From Candidatus Hydrogenedens sp. (GTDB lineage: Bacteria; Hydrogenedentota; Hydrogenedentia; Hydrogenedentales; CAITNO01), in contig JAAYJV010000075.1 in NCBI GenBank assembly GCA_012522755.1, positions 2,276-66,275 on the forward strand: DNA of 64,000 nucleotides. The letters are read 5' to 3'. The translations under genes were made by a program, and so were the position numbers. This document shows positions 9,306-18,451 of the stretch, piece by piece; position 1 is the stretch's first letter, and each line of letters begins with the position of its first letter. The notes under the pieces are model-generated. The model worked only from the letters and a program-made list of their open reading frames with translations, did not search any database and was not told the DNA's origin.

Positions 9306-10262
9306 ATGACCGATACTGACAAAAATATTCAAGAAAATACAGCGCAGACAGCACCCTCTCTGGGGATTCGGCTGGCTGCGCTGTTGCTTTATCTGGGCTG
9401 TGCGCCCTTATTCTGGTTGCGTCGTCCTTTTTCGGAGCGACCCTTCTGGAAAAGCCATGAGAAACAGGCGGCCCTGCTCTGGGTTGTTCTGGGCATCTTC
9501 GTTCTTTTCTTCGTGCTCCTCATCCTCGTCGCTTCCCTGATCATGGTGGAAGCCCGGGGTTGGTTCGAAGACCATCAGGTGGAAAGCTGGCTACTCAGTC
9601 TTATGCGCAAAGCAATTTTGGCCTGGCTTGTTTTCTGGCTGTATGGGATCTGGCGTTGTCTCCGTGGCCGGACAGAGCCCGTTCCCTTCCTGGGTCACCT
9701 GGCCCGCATACAGTTTTTCAATCTCTCAGGCAAGTTTGTGGTCCATCTCTTTTTCATCATCGTGATCCTTCTTCCACCAGCCATATTCCTGGCCGAAAGT
9801 ATGGTGAGCAGCAGGGGAGAGGAGGGCGGCGTTTACGTGCTTTATGATGATCAGGGCCGTTTCCCACGATGGGTATTTTCCCTGGCTGTCTGGCGGCTCA
9901 GTTGCGCCACACGCCATTGTCTGCCGGGACAGAGGTTGACTCTCCTTCCGGCGACACAGGACCATCTGGACGAAGCTCTCGACAAAGCCTCTTTTGTCTT
10001 TGCGGGAACTCACGGCACATCGGCCGGTCTGCTGTTGCAGGACGGCTTGTATGCCCCTGAGCAGCGAAGCGATCCGGTGGGATCCCATCTGCAGTTTGTC
10101 TATCTCGCCGGATGCGACAGCGGTCATCAACAGGAAGCATGGGAAGCTTGTCTGGCTCCCGCTGAGTTGAGAAGCTTTGACAGGCTCACGCCTACTCTGG
10201 AACATCTGTGGCGGCTCTGGACGGAAATCCCCGCCCGGCTCCACAGTCTCCACGAGAACTGA
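9306..10262 (+). CDS. hypothetical multi-pass membrane protein with a C-terminal soluble domain
   Basis: 318 aa. Several hydrophobic segments lie between aa 20 and 165. The C-terminal 140 aa carry AGTHG (His236) and LAGCDSG (Cys270). Confidence 0.6.
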   Translation: MTDTDKNIQENTAQTAPSLGIRLAALLLYLGCAPLFWLRRPFSERPFWKSHEKQAALLWVVLGIFVLFFVLLILVASLIMVEARGWFEDHQVESWLLSLMRKAILAWLVFWLYGIWRCLRGRTEPVPFLGHLARIQFFNLSGKFVVHLFFIIVILLPPAIFLAESMVSSRGEEGGVYVLYDDQGRFPRWVFSLAVWRLSCATRHCLPGQRLTLLPATQDHLDEALDKASFVFAGTHGTSAGLLLQDGLYAPEQRSDPVGSHLQFVYLAGCDSGHQQEAWEACLAPAELRSFDRLTPTLEHLWRLWTEIPARLHSLHEN

Positions 10263-10280
10263 ATCCCGCCCTGAACAGCA

Positions 10281-11081
10281 TTATTTCAGCCCGAGCACAT
10301 CCTGCATATCGTAGAGACCCGGCGAGGCCTGGGCTGCGAACTTGGCAGCGATGAGGGCGCCTCGCGCAAAGTTGTCTCTGTTGTGGGCTTTGTGTGTGAG
10401 TTCAATACGTTCGCCACAACCGATGAAAGAGACGGTGTGATCGCCCACAATATCGCCGCCCCGGATGGCATGGACACCGATCTGCCGTTCCGGTCTTTCG
10501 CCGATGATCCCTTCCCGACCGAAGACAGCCTCTTCAGGATAACGCAGTCCCAGCCCCTGGGCCGCCTGTTCCGCCAGCCGTACAGCCGTGCCGCTGGGAC
10601 TGTCTTTTTTAAGGTTATGATGAGCCTCCACAATCTCCACGTTGTAGGCCAGACCCAGATGACGGGCCACTTCTTCCGTGAGTTTGAAGAGCAGGTTCAC
10701 GCCCACACTCATATTGGGTGCATAGACAACAGCGATATCTTTGGCCAATTCCTGGAGTCGGACCACCTGTTCCGCTGTGAGTCCCGTTGTTCCCACCACG
10801 GCGGGCTTTCCGGCGGCTGCAGCCAGAGCCACATGTTCCAGACAGGCCTCGGGTGCCGTGAAGTCAATGAGAACCCGGGCCCTGGCAAGTTCTTCTGCAC
10901 CGTCCGCACCGGCGATGATGGTTTCTTCAGAGCCATTCTTGCCGGGTACGGTGATCTTTGTTCCGACCAGTGCGGGAATATCCAGAGCACTGCCCACAGC
11001 CATACCTTCCATTGTTGCCGTCAGTTCAAGAATTCGCCGGCCCATACGTCCACAGGCACCGGCCATACAAATTGTGATCAT
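10281..11081 (-). CDS. dapB: 4-hydroxy-tetrahydrodipicolinate reductase
   Basis: MAGACGRMGR forms the N-terminal NAD(P) fold, and EAHHNLKKDSPSGTA is the DapB signature. I prefer the start at the second ATG (11081), 6 nt after GGAGAG. 11087 is also possible. Confidence 0.9.
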   Translation of the reverse strand: MITICMAGACGRMGRRILELTATMEGMAVGSALDIPALVGTKITVPGKNGSEETIIAGADGAEELARARVLIDFTAPEACLEHVALAAAAGKPAVVGTTGLTAEQVVRLQELAKDIAVVYAPNMSVGVNLLFKLTEEVARHLGLAYNVEIVEAHHNLKKDSPSGTAVRLAEQAAQGLGLRYPEEAVFGREGIIGERPERQIGVHAIRGGDIVGDHTVSFIGCGERIELTHKAHNRDNFARGALIAAKFAAQASPGLYDMQDVLGLK

Positions 11082-11105
11082 CCTCATCTCTCCCGGGTTT
11101 ATTTT

Positions 11106-14100
11106 CTATTTCAGTGCGCTCAACATCAAGTCATAGTCGTAGCCCGTGTCACTGGCCGCATCCAGAATTTCCACAAGCCCTTCATGACAACCCACGAGGG
11201 CCGCCACAGTCGTCTCATCACTCAAGTCCGCATCCAACAAGTTGATCAGGAAGAGGGTGTGCAAGGCAAAATTCAACTGCTCACGGTTGAGCCAGCGTCG
11301 GTTTCCATGCCAGTGCAGCGACAGCATCCCGTGCATATCCCTGTTTTCGAAAAGACGGTGCAACAGCGGCGCCCATACCTCATCTTCCAGAGCGAGTACG
11401 GTATCCCGCTGTCCCAGGCTGAGACTGAGTGCATGGGCATCCCGCCAGGCCAGCCAGGAATCGCCGTCCATTCCTTCAAAGGCGCGAACGACTCCTTTGA
11501 TCAACAGCCAGTCATACATCCAGGCGGCCGCTGTCTGTTCCGCCTGAGGGTTCCGGCCAGTATCCGTACTCTCTTCTTCTGTCAGGGAGCGAGCGAGTTC
11601 TTCCAATAATACCCAAGCCACGGCTATGCGCGGGAAGCGGTAATGATAGCCTGTCACGGCCTCTTCATCGGGGAGCAGGACTTCAACGAAGCGCCTCAAA
11701 ATATCGGGCAGCAGATCCAGTTTTGTATCTGCGAAAAAGTCACGCAACTTTTCCAGGCGTATTTCCAGCCGTTCCAGAATTGTTTCAGGATAGACCGGTA
11801 TATTCATGAGATCACCAGCGGCACAAAGGAAGGCTGTGAGTCCGTCATGACAGGAATCAGGCAATGCGCTTTCTTCAGTCTGATACAAGACATGATGGAT
11901 CAGATCAGCCGTGAAGAACTGTCCGAAGGGAATGAGTATGGCGGCAAGCTGCATTTCTTTATAGGCCTCATCCACACTGGCCACGCCCTGACCGCCCAGT
12001 TGCCTGCACAGTTTTCCCCAGGAACCGTCATGATCCAAGATCTGGCGGGCGAAAATAAAGATGCGGCTTTCATAACCTTTCAAAGACAGATGCCAGCCCT
12101 GATCAGCCACGGTCGCATTGTGCAGCAGATATTCCAGGCCGGATCGTGCATCGCGCCAGAGGGTGTACAAGGCCGCATCATTATTCAGAACGAGCGCTTC
12201 CGTCAGGTTACGTCGGACAAGATGCACATTATCGCCCCGCTCCGTATTGATGGCCGTGGAAGTGTGGAGCACTCCCGCCGTTTCTGTGGCTATGTTGTTG
12301 TAGACCACCAGAGCCGCCTCGCCTTCCCGACGGTTCGTATAGGCGAAGACGTTTTCATCCACCCAGCCCTCAGGGGTCGTGAGATCGAAGAGCGCGAAAT
12401 CGGTGGAGCCGCTGAAAAGATGACGCATGCGCATGAGAGGAAAGATTTCTCTTTCATGCCGTTCCACGAGCCAGTCTTCCGTTTGTTCATCCTTATAGGC
12501 GCGGCGGTATTCCATGCCGTATTTTTCAGAAAGCCCCTCAATCTGGCCATGACCGAACATGGGCAGTCCCGGCATGGTCACCAGCAGCGTGGCGACACCG
12601 AAGTATTTGTCGCCTTTGCCGAACTGTGCCTCCGCCGTATCTTCATCCGGATTGTTCATGAAGTTTACAAAGCGCTGCAGAATCTCCGGGCTGAATTCCA
12701 GAATGTTTTTGATGGTCTCCCGATACTTGGCATTGTCCTCCATCTTCAGCATGTTCATGAAGGCGCTGTTGTAAACCCGGTGCATGCCCAGAGTACGCAC
12801 GAAATAGCCTTCCATGAGCCAGAAGGCTTCGGCAAGGAGCAGGGTATCAGGCACTTCCTCCGCCACACGGTCCACCACCTCCCGCCAGAATTCCTGCGGG
12901 AAGAGGGCATCAAAATCAGGCTTCTCCAGGCCATGAGCCGCCCGCGAAGGAATAGCACCGCCATCGCCGGGCAGGGGAAACCACAAGCGTTGATAATGCC
13001 GTTTGGCCAGGGTCATGGCCGCATCAAAACGGATGATGGGGAAACGGCGTGCCACTTCAAGTATGGTGCGTATCACCGCTTCTCGGGTTTCCGCATTCAT
13101 GAAATTCAATTGCGCCGTATCGTTCCAGGGCATGCTCGTGCCATCGTTGCCGTGATAGATATAGCGCACTTCTCCGGATTGACGGTCCACCCGCTTGAAT
13201 ACAACAGCGGCGTCGCTGTGGTTCCAATAACCCTCTTCGATAAAAAGCCCGATCCGTGAATCTTCAGAAAGATCCGGTCCGTCAAAACGATAACCCGGAA
13301 AAGGCGGTTCTGAAAGAGACAGAAAACGATCAGGGTTTTCGGTGATCCATTTGGAATGAATACCCATGTGATTGGGCACCATATCGCCGGCCAGCCGGAT
13401 ACCCCGAAGACGGGCACGGTGCGCAAGATCCTGATAAGCCTCTTCGCCGCCCAGCTCTTCCGCAATGACATAATCATAAAGACTGTATGCCGATGCGGCC
13501 GCTTCCGGATTGCCCATCCGCTGTTTGATCATCCGTGAGGCTGAGGAGCGTTCCCAGACTCCGATGAGCCATAGGGCGTTGAAGCCCCAACCGGCGATAC
13601 GGTCCAATTCTTCATCGGGGATATCGCTCAGCTTGTGCATGGGCCGGTTGTAACGGAGTGAAAGCTGATGGAGCCAGACAAAAGCCAGCTTGGCCAGGAG
13701 CACAACCTGAGGCATCCAGGCCACATCGGTTGTGAAAGCTTCCGGTTCGTCGTAGGCATCCGCTGCAAAGCGAAGGGCTTTACTCTCGCCCGGACCGTGG
13801 CCGCGGAATGTCATTTCTTCACGGAGAATTCCCTGAACGACCAACAGCCGCTGAATGAGCCCTTCCGGCAGAAAAGCACGCCAGTTCTCGAGAATGAAAC
13901 TCAGCTGTCCTTCCAGAGAATCCGGAGAGGCACGCAAAGGCGCACGCAGAAGTTCAAGAAGGCTCAGGCCTGTGCCGGGAAGTTCAGACTGTCCGGAAAA
14001 CCAGCCGTCCAGTGCCTGCAGAATATTCAGCAGCGGTACCTGATGACATAAGCTGCTGTAATCAAACAGGCTTTGACAGGAAGCCAGCGCCTGATTCTCG

Positions 14101-14594
14101 TGTGCCAGCTGAACAAGCAGCATTTCCTGAAGGGTCATGACAGCGTGGGTCTTGCCGCGGCTGCTTCCCTGCAGAAAGAGCAGGGGCGGAACATGCTCTT
14201 CGCTCTTGAGCTGCAGGGGCGGGAAATAGGATACGAAGGCGGGCAAAGTGCTGGTCACGGCGTCGGTGCCCTGTTGATCCCGGGCATAATCAAGTGCGGC
14301 GGAAAAAGCGTCGGGCTGCACATCTTCCGTATAACGGTCCATGAGCGTCCGGAAAATTTCATGGAGCAGAATCATGGCGTGCAATTCGCCGCTGCGTACC
14401 CAGGGCGGCCCATCCCGCCGGGCATTCATCTGTGATGCCAGCATCTGGGCAAAGGGGAAAGGGTCGCCCGGCCAGTCCGCACCTGTTTTTTCCACAATGG
14501 CGGCCGTATCATAATCGTGCCAGGCCTGATCACGCAAGAGCATGCCGAAAGGAAAATAGCGGTATCCATTGTCTCGATCTGATGAAGTGCCCAT
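11106..14594 (-). CDS. large GH13 (alpha-amylase family) protein
   Basis: 1162 aa. The GH13 conserved regions occur in order: GDMVPNHMG (region I), IIRFDAAMTL (II), LLAEAFW (III), FMNNPDE (IV). It lies 18 nt upstream of dapB on the same strand. Confidence 0.8.
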   Translation of the reverse strand: MGTSSDRDNGYRYFPFGMLLRDQAWHDYDTAAIVEKTGADWPGDPFPFAQMLASQMNARRDGPPWVRSGELHAMILLHEIFRTLMDRYTEDVQPDAFSAALDYARDQQGTDAVTSTLPAFVSYFPPLQLKSEEHVPPLLFLQGSSRGKTHAVMTLQEMLLVQLAHENQALASCQSLFDYSSLCHQVPLLNILQALDGWFSGQSELPGTGLSLLELLRAPLRASPDSLEGQLSFILENWRAFLPEGLIQRLLVVQGILREEMTFRGHGPGESKALRFAADAYDEPEAFTTDVAWMPQVVLLAKLAFVWLHQLSLRYNRPMHKLSDIPDEELDRIAGWGFNALWLIGVWERSSASRMIKQRMGNPEAAASAYSLYDYVIAEELGGEEAYQDLAHRARLRGIRLAGDMVPNHMGIHSKWITENPDRFLSLSEPPFPGYRFDGPDLSEDSRIGLFIEEGYWNHSDAAVVFKRVDRQSGEVRYIYHGNDGTSMPWNDTAQLNFMNAETREAVIRTILEVARRFPIIRFDAAMTLAKRHYQRLWFPLPGDGGAIPSRAAHGLEKPDFDALFPQEFWREVVDRVAEEVPDTLLLAEAFWLMEGYFVRTLGMHRVYNSAFMNMLKMEDNAKYRETIKNILEFSPEILQRFVNFMNNPDEDTAEAQFGKGDKYFGVATLLVTMPGLPMFGHGQIEGLSEKYGMEYRRAYKDEQTEDWLVERHEREIFPLMRMRHLFSGSTDFALFDLTTPEGWVDENVFAYTNRREGEAALVVYNNIATETAGVLHTSTAINTERGDNVHLVRRNLTEALVLNNDAALYTLWRDARSGLEYLLHNATVADQGWHLSLKGYESRIFIFARQILDHDGSWGKLCRQLGGQGVASVDEAYKEMQLAAILIPFGQFFTADLIHHVLYQTEESALPDSCHDGLTAFLCAAGDLMNIPVYPETILERLEIRLEKLRDFFADTKLDLLPDILRRFVEVLLPDEEAVTGYHYRFPRIAVAWVLLEELARSLTEEESTDTGRNPQAEQTAAAWMYDWLLIKGVVRAFEGMDGDSWLAWRDAHALSLSLGQRDTVLALEDEVWAPLLHRLFENRDMHGMLSLHWHGNRRWLNREQLNFALHTLFLINLLDADLSDETTVAALVGCHEGLVEILDAASDTGYDYDLMLSALK

Positions 14595-14703
14595 GAAACT
14601 CCTTCAATAAAAATTGATTGCCTGATACTTTCGCATGGAGAAAGCACCGGAAAACAGTATAGAGATAGCATAACCCATTAATCCGTGGGAATACCATTTG
14701 ATT

Positions 14704-14731
14704 AGGTGATAGGTGATAGGTGATAGGTGCT
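14704..14731. repeat. heptamer microsatellite (AGGTGAT)x3 plus AGGTGCT
   Basis: Tandem repeat read directly, 110-137 nt upstream of the GH13 start codon. Confidence 0.9.
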
Positions 14732-15254
14732 GGGGGATAGGGGATATGTTATTTTCACCACGAAGTCACGAAGATTCACAGCGCAGCATAGCCGCAAGCA
14801 AATGATCTTTTCTAATTGAACCACGAAGCCACGAAGGACACGAAGCTTCACTAAGAAAGAAGAAGAGGCTTATGTGTCTCCCCGGAGTCTTTTTTGTATC
14901 CCAAGACATGCCTGCGCCCCTCCCACATCCGTCCGATCCGACTGATCCGACTGATCCGACCGAATCTCCGGAGACTATTGACGCCTTCAAGTCTCTTATA
15001 TGCCTCACGATATATCCTCACCTCCGTCATACCGATTTTCTCCCTTTTTGTTCTTCCAAGAGTCAGAATTGTATGTTGTGTATTCTGTGGGTAATGCTTT
15101 GATCTTGAGTACTTTCCGGCGCAAAGTTGGATGGCGCTCCCACGATTTGCACATCCTCTGCCGGAAAGTTTTCTGAGCAATGGACTTGTTTAAGAAAATA
15201 GAGATATCATGCCGCAATCAGGTTTTTAACTTCTCCGGGTCATAACACGCTGTG

Positions 15255-15279
15255 TGCCAATGTGGAAATTGGCGTTCCC
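15255..15279 (+). repeat. Conserved hairpin motif P
   Basis: The 25-mer is identical to 1733-1757. Confidence 0.8.
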
Positions 15280-16067
15280 AGGAGTGACTCTCAACGTCTT
15301 TCAGGGTTTCCCAAGTCATTATTTGTTCGTGATTGTCGGAAGACAGTTTGCTGAGTCGAGAATCCCACAATATCTTGGAAGTATATGACTTGCAGAGTCA
15401 GCAATATGAACTTCTTCGAAAAAATAATGGAAATTGAGGGGTAGTATCACGAAGAAGAGAAGGAGGAGTGAAAAAAGAATTTAGAAGTCTTTTACTTAAT
15501 GTCAAAGTTTTAAGAGTAGGGGCACGGCATGCCATGCCTGTTTTTTTTTCTGTTTTGAGCCACGCCCACAGCCCTCTCAGATTCCTCCGATGAAAGACGC
15601 TGAGACATACTCCTGTCTTTAATTTTTTGCATATAACTTCCGACATTCTCATACCGGCGTGCGCGTTATGGATGGGGGGGTGCAGAGGCGAGTCAGGTTT
15701 CTTTTAGTCTTCCAATCCTGATGACCGTCTTTTTGTGCGCTATCCGGACCATACTTTTATAGACATCCCAGCGCACAAAAAACTGGAATGACGGTGGAAC
15801 GTATGCCTTGAGGTATTAAGGTAAATGGGCACGGTATGCAGTGCCCCTACCATCCAAACTTTGGGTTTCATGAAAAGATTGAGAAATTTCGCTCATTTCT
15901 CTTCCTTCTCTTTCCTCTCTTCTTCGTGAATCTTCGTGCTCTTCGTGACTTCGTGGTGAAAAGATCCCTCGCCCCTCCCCTCATCACCTATCACCTGTTT
16001 CACTCCGGGTGTTATACTTGAATAAACTCTGGTCCCAATTTTCAAACCCTTTATCAGGAGTAATCTC

Positions 16068-16946
16068 ATGGCGTGCAGCATGACCGGCTTCGCCCGCACA
16101 GAAGTGCTGATCAACGGTGAAAAGACTACCATTGAACTCAGCAGTGTCAACCACCGATTTCTTGAGTTGTCTTTTCGTCTTCCCGGGCAATGGGCCGCTC
16201 TGGAGGTGAATCTCCGCGAAAGAGTCAGGCAGCATATCAGCCGGGGCAAACTCTATATCTCCATCCGCCCGGGCCGGTCTCTGGCTTCCATGGCGCCCCT
16301 TCATGTGGACACGGACCGTGCGCAGCAATACATCGACGCCGCCAACCAGCTCATGCGCCAGATGCATTCCACTGACGCCCTGTCTCTGGATACACTCATC
16401 TCTCTGGAGGGTGTCATGGTATCGGAAGAAGATTCCGCTGATCTGGAGCTGCTGGAGAAACAATTGGGTCAGGGCTTGGAAGAAGCGCTCACACAACTGA
16501 CAGCCATGCGTGCCCGGGAAGGAGCCTTGCTGGTGGAGGCGCTCACCACGCACCTTAACGATCTGGAAGAAATCCTGCAGCGTATTGAAGAGCGGGCCCC
16601 GCAGCTGATTATCACCTATGAAGAGAAGATGCGCCAGCGCATTGCCGAGATCAACATGGAAGTGGGCGTGAAAGAAGAACGTCTTGCCATGGAAGTGGCG
16701 CTCATGGCCGACCGCATGGATGTGACGGAAGAGCTTGTCCGTTTCCGTGCCCACATCCTTCATGGCCGCGAATTGCTCAAGAATGAAGGGCCCATAGGCC
16801 GCGATTTGAATTTCCTCGTCCAGGAACTGCAACGGGAAGCCAACACCCTGGGCAGTAAACTGCGTGATGTGGAAGTGAGCCGTGATGTGATCGAAATCAA
16901 AACAGAGATTGAGAAACTGCGCGAGCAGTTGCAAAACCTGGAATAA
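16068..16946 (+). CDS. yicC: YicC family stress-induced protein
   Basis: 292 aa. SMTGFAR lies at the N-terminus, with ELSSVNHRFLE and a C-terminal EANTLGSK motif typical of YicC/DUF1732. Confidence 0.85.
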   Translation: MACSMTGFARTEVLINGEKTTIELSSVNHRFLELSFRLPGQWAALEVNLRERVRQHISRGKLYISIRPGRSLASMAPLHVDTDRAQQYIDAANQLMRQMHSTDALSLDTLISLEGVMVSEEDSADLELLEKQLGQGLEEALTQLTAMRAREGALLVEALTTHLNDLEEILQRIEERAPQLIITYEEKMRQRIAEINMEVGVKEERLAMEVALMADRMDVTEELVRFRAHILHGRELLKNEGPIGRDLNFLVQELQREANTLGSKLRDVEVSRDVIEIKTEIEKLREQLQNLE

Positions 16947-16951
16947 CAAGG

Positions 16952-17518
16952 ATGAGCACTCCTCAGATCATTATTATCGCCGCACCTTCCGGTGGTGGAA
17001 AAGGCACCCTCGTCGCAGGGATTCGTCCCCATTTTCCTGAACTGGCTCTTACCGTATCGGCAACGACACGGCCGCCCCGTGCAGGGGAAGAGGAAGGGAA
17101 GGATTACTATTTTCTGTCCCGTCCCGACTTTGAAAAGAAAATCGCAGAAGGCGCCTTTGCCGAATGGGCTGAGGTGCACGGCAATCTCTACGGAACGCTT
17201 AATGAAGAAGTGGACCGCTTGCTTATGGCCGGGCATCCTGTCCTTCTCGAATTGGATGTGCAGGGCATGGACAGCATGAAAATCCGTCATCCTGAACTGA
17301 CCGGTATTTTCATTGTTCCCCCCAGCATGGAAGTGCTCCGGGAACGCTTGAAACGGCGCGGCACGGACAGTGATGAGGGTATCGCTGTTCGTCTGCAGAC
17401 AGCAGCCCGGGAAATGACACGACAGCAGGACTTTGATCATATCCTGATCAATGATGATCTGGAGGAGGCAACAGAAGCATTGAGAAAACTGGTGGAGAAG
17501 ATTCTCCGGCAGTCCTGA
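16952..17518 (+). CDS. gmk: guanylate kinase
   Basis: P-loop APSGGGKGT and TTRPPRAGEEEGKDYYF, at about the expected 188 aa. Confidence 0.9.
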   Translation: MSTPQIIIIAAPSGGGKGTLVAGIRPHFPELALTVSATTRPPRAGEEEGKDYYFLSRPDFEKKIAEGAFAEWAEVHGNLYGTLNEEVDRLLMAGHPVLLELDVQGMDSMKIRHPELTGIFIVPPSMEVLRERLKRRGTDSDEGIAVRLQTAAREMTRQQDFDHILINDDLEEATEALRKLVEKILRQS

Positions 17519-17590
17519 TTTCTGTTTTTTTACTGCAGTGAAACAGGAGGCGAGGGTTGTAATAGGGGCGAGGAGCGTATTATAGGGAAT

Positions 17591-17639
17591 AGGTGATAGG
17601 TGATAGGTGATAGGTGATAGGTGATAGGTGATAGGTGAT
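17591..17639. repeat. heptamer microsatellite (AGGTGAT)x7
   Basis: Perfect tandem array read directly, 73 nt downstream of the gmk stop. Confidence 0.95.
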
Positions 17640-17667
17640 AGGGCTGACGACTTTGAGTCGCGCATCT

Positions 17668-17692
17668 GGGAACGCCAATTTCCACATTGGCA
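17668..17692 (-). repeat. Conserved hairpin motif P (reverse orientation)
   Basis: GGGAACGCCAATTTCCACATTGGCA is the exact reverse complement of the 25-mer at 1733 and 15255. Confidence 0.8.
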
Positions 17693-18245
17693 GACAGCGT
17701 ATGATGACCCGGAGAAGTTATGAACCTGATTGCGGCATGAGATCTCTCTTTTCTCGAACCAATCAATTACTCAGAAAACTTTACGCCGGAAAGTACTTGA
17801 GATCAAAGCATCATCCACATAATTACACAAGATATAATTCTGTTTCTTGGGAGAATAAAAAGGCCGAAAACCGGGATGATGGTGGGGGTATGTCGTGAGG
17901 CACATAAGATATTCGAAGGCATCAACAGTCTCCGGAGAGTCAGACGGATGTGGGAGGGGCGGGGGTTGGGGTCAGGGTATTTGCCGTTAATCAGTGGACC
18001 AAGTGGACAGAGTGGACCAAGTGGAGGTGTTAAGACCATAAATTTTTTTATGCAGCATTGTACTTTTTCCGGGTGTTCCGTGATTTCGGTGGTTCAATTA
18101 GAAAAGTTTATTTGGTTGCGGCTGTGCTGCGTTGTGTCCCATTGTGCCTTCGTGATGAATCATCTTTCCGGGCGAAACAAAACTGTTGAGACACCAAAAA
18201 AGATATAATTATTAAAAGATATGAAAAGAGGGTTTATCAAAGGGA

Positions 18246-18274
18246 TTGACATATATTCCCTTGTGTGTTATTGT
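18246..18274 (+). promoter_or_regulatory. candidate promoter of the surface-protein gene
   Basis: TTGACA (18246-18251), 17-nt spacer, TATTGT (18269-18274), followed by TGGTACAGA. It lies about 180 nt upstream of the ATG. Confidence 0.35.
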
Positions 18275-18451
18275 GGTACAGATATTTAGAGGTAAACGCA
18301 GTTGACTGATACAATCATCATTTCAGTTCCTTCGATCAGCGACAAGAAAAATATTGCTTTATTCAGGGTCTGAGCAAAATCGGATCCTTGTTTTATATAC
18401 AATAAAATGATGCAGCAGGGCATTATGCCCTGAGGAAAAAGGAGTGAAATT

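Larger units (their letters stand above)
14704..15997. repeat. Family A composite element, copy A3 (about 1.3 kb, bounded by inverted repeats of about 75 nt)
   Basis: The left end (14704-14780) and right end (15922-15997) are inverted copies. They include a perfect 22-nt core: TTTTCACCACGAAGTCACGAAG at 14752-14773 and its complement at 15941-15962. The interior aligns with A1 and A4. Confidence 0.75.
17584..18170. repeat. Family A modular intergenic element, copy A4 (inverted relative to A3)
   Basis: 17668-17900 aligns with the reverse complement of 15000-15279. 17944-17960 (GACGGATGTGGGAGGGG) and 18090-18170 align with the reverse complement of 14770-14935. Confidence 0.75.

Noticed and set aside
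14704-17639. Tandem GGTGATA arrays (14704-14731, 17591-17639) and other short tandem blocks, considered as possible CRISPR arrays for the orphan Cas6-like gene
   Set aside because: The units are 7 nt and contiguous, with no spacers. There is no repeat-spacer periodicity of 50-75 nt anywhere in the window. These are microsatellites.
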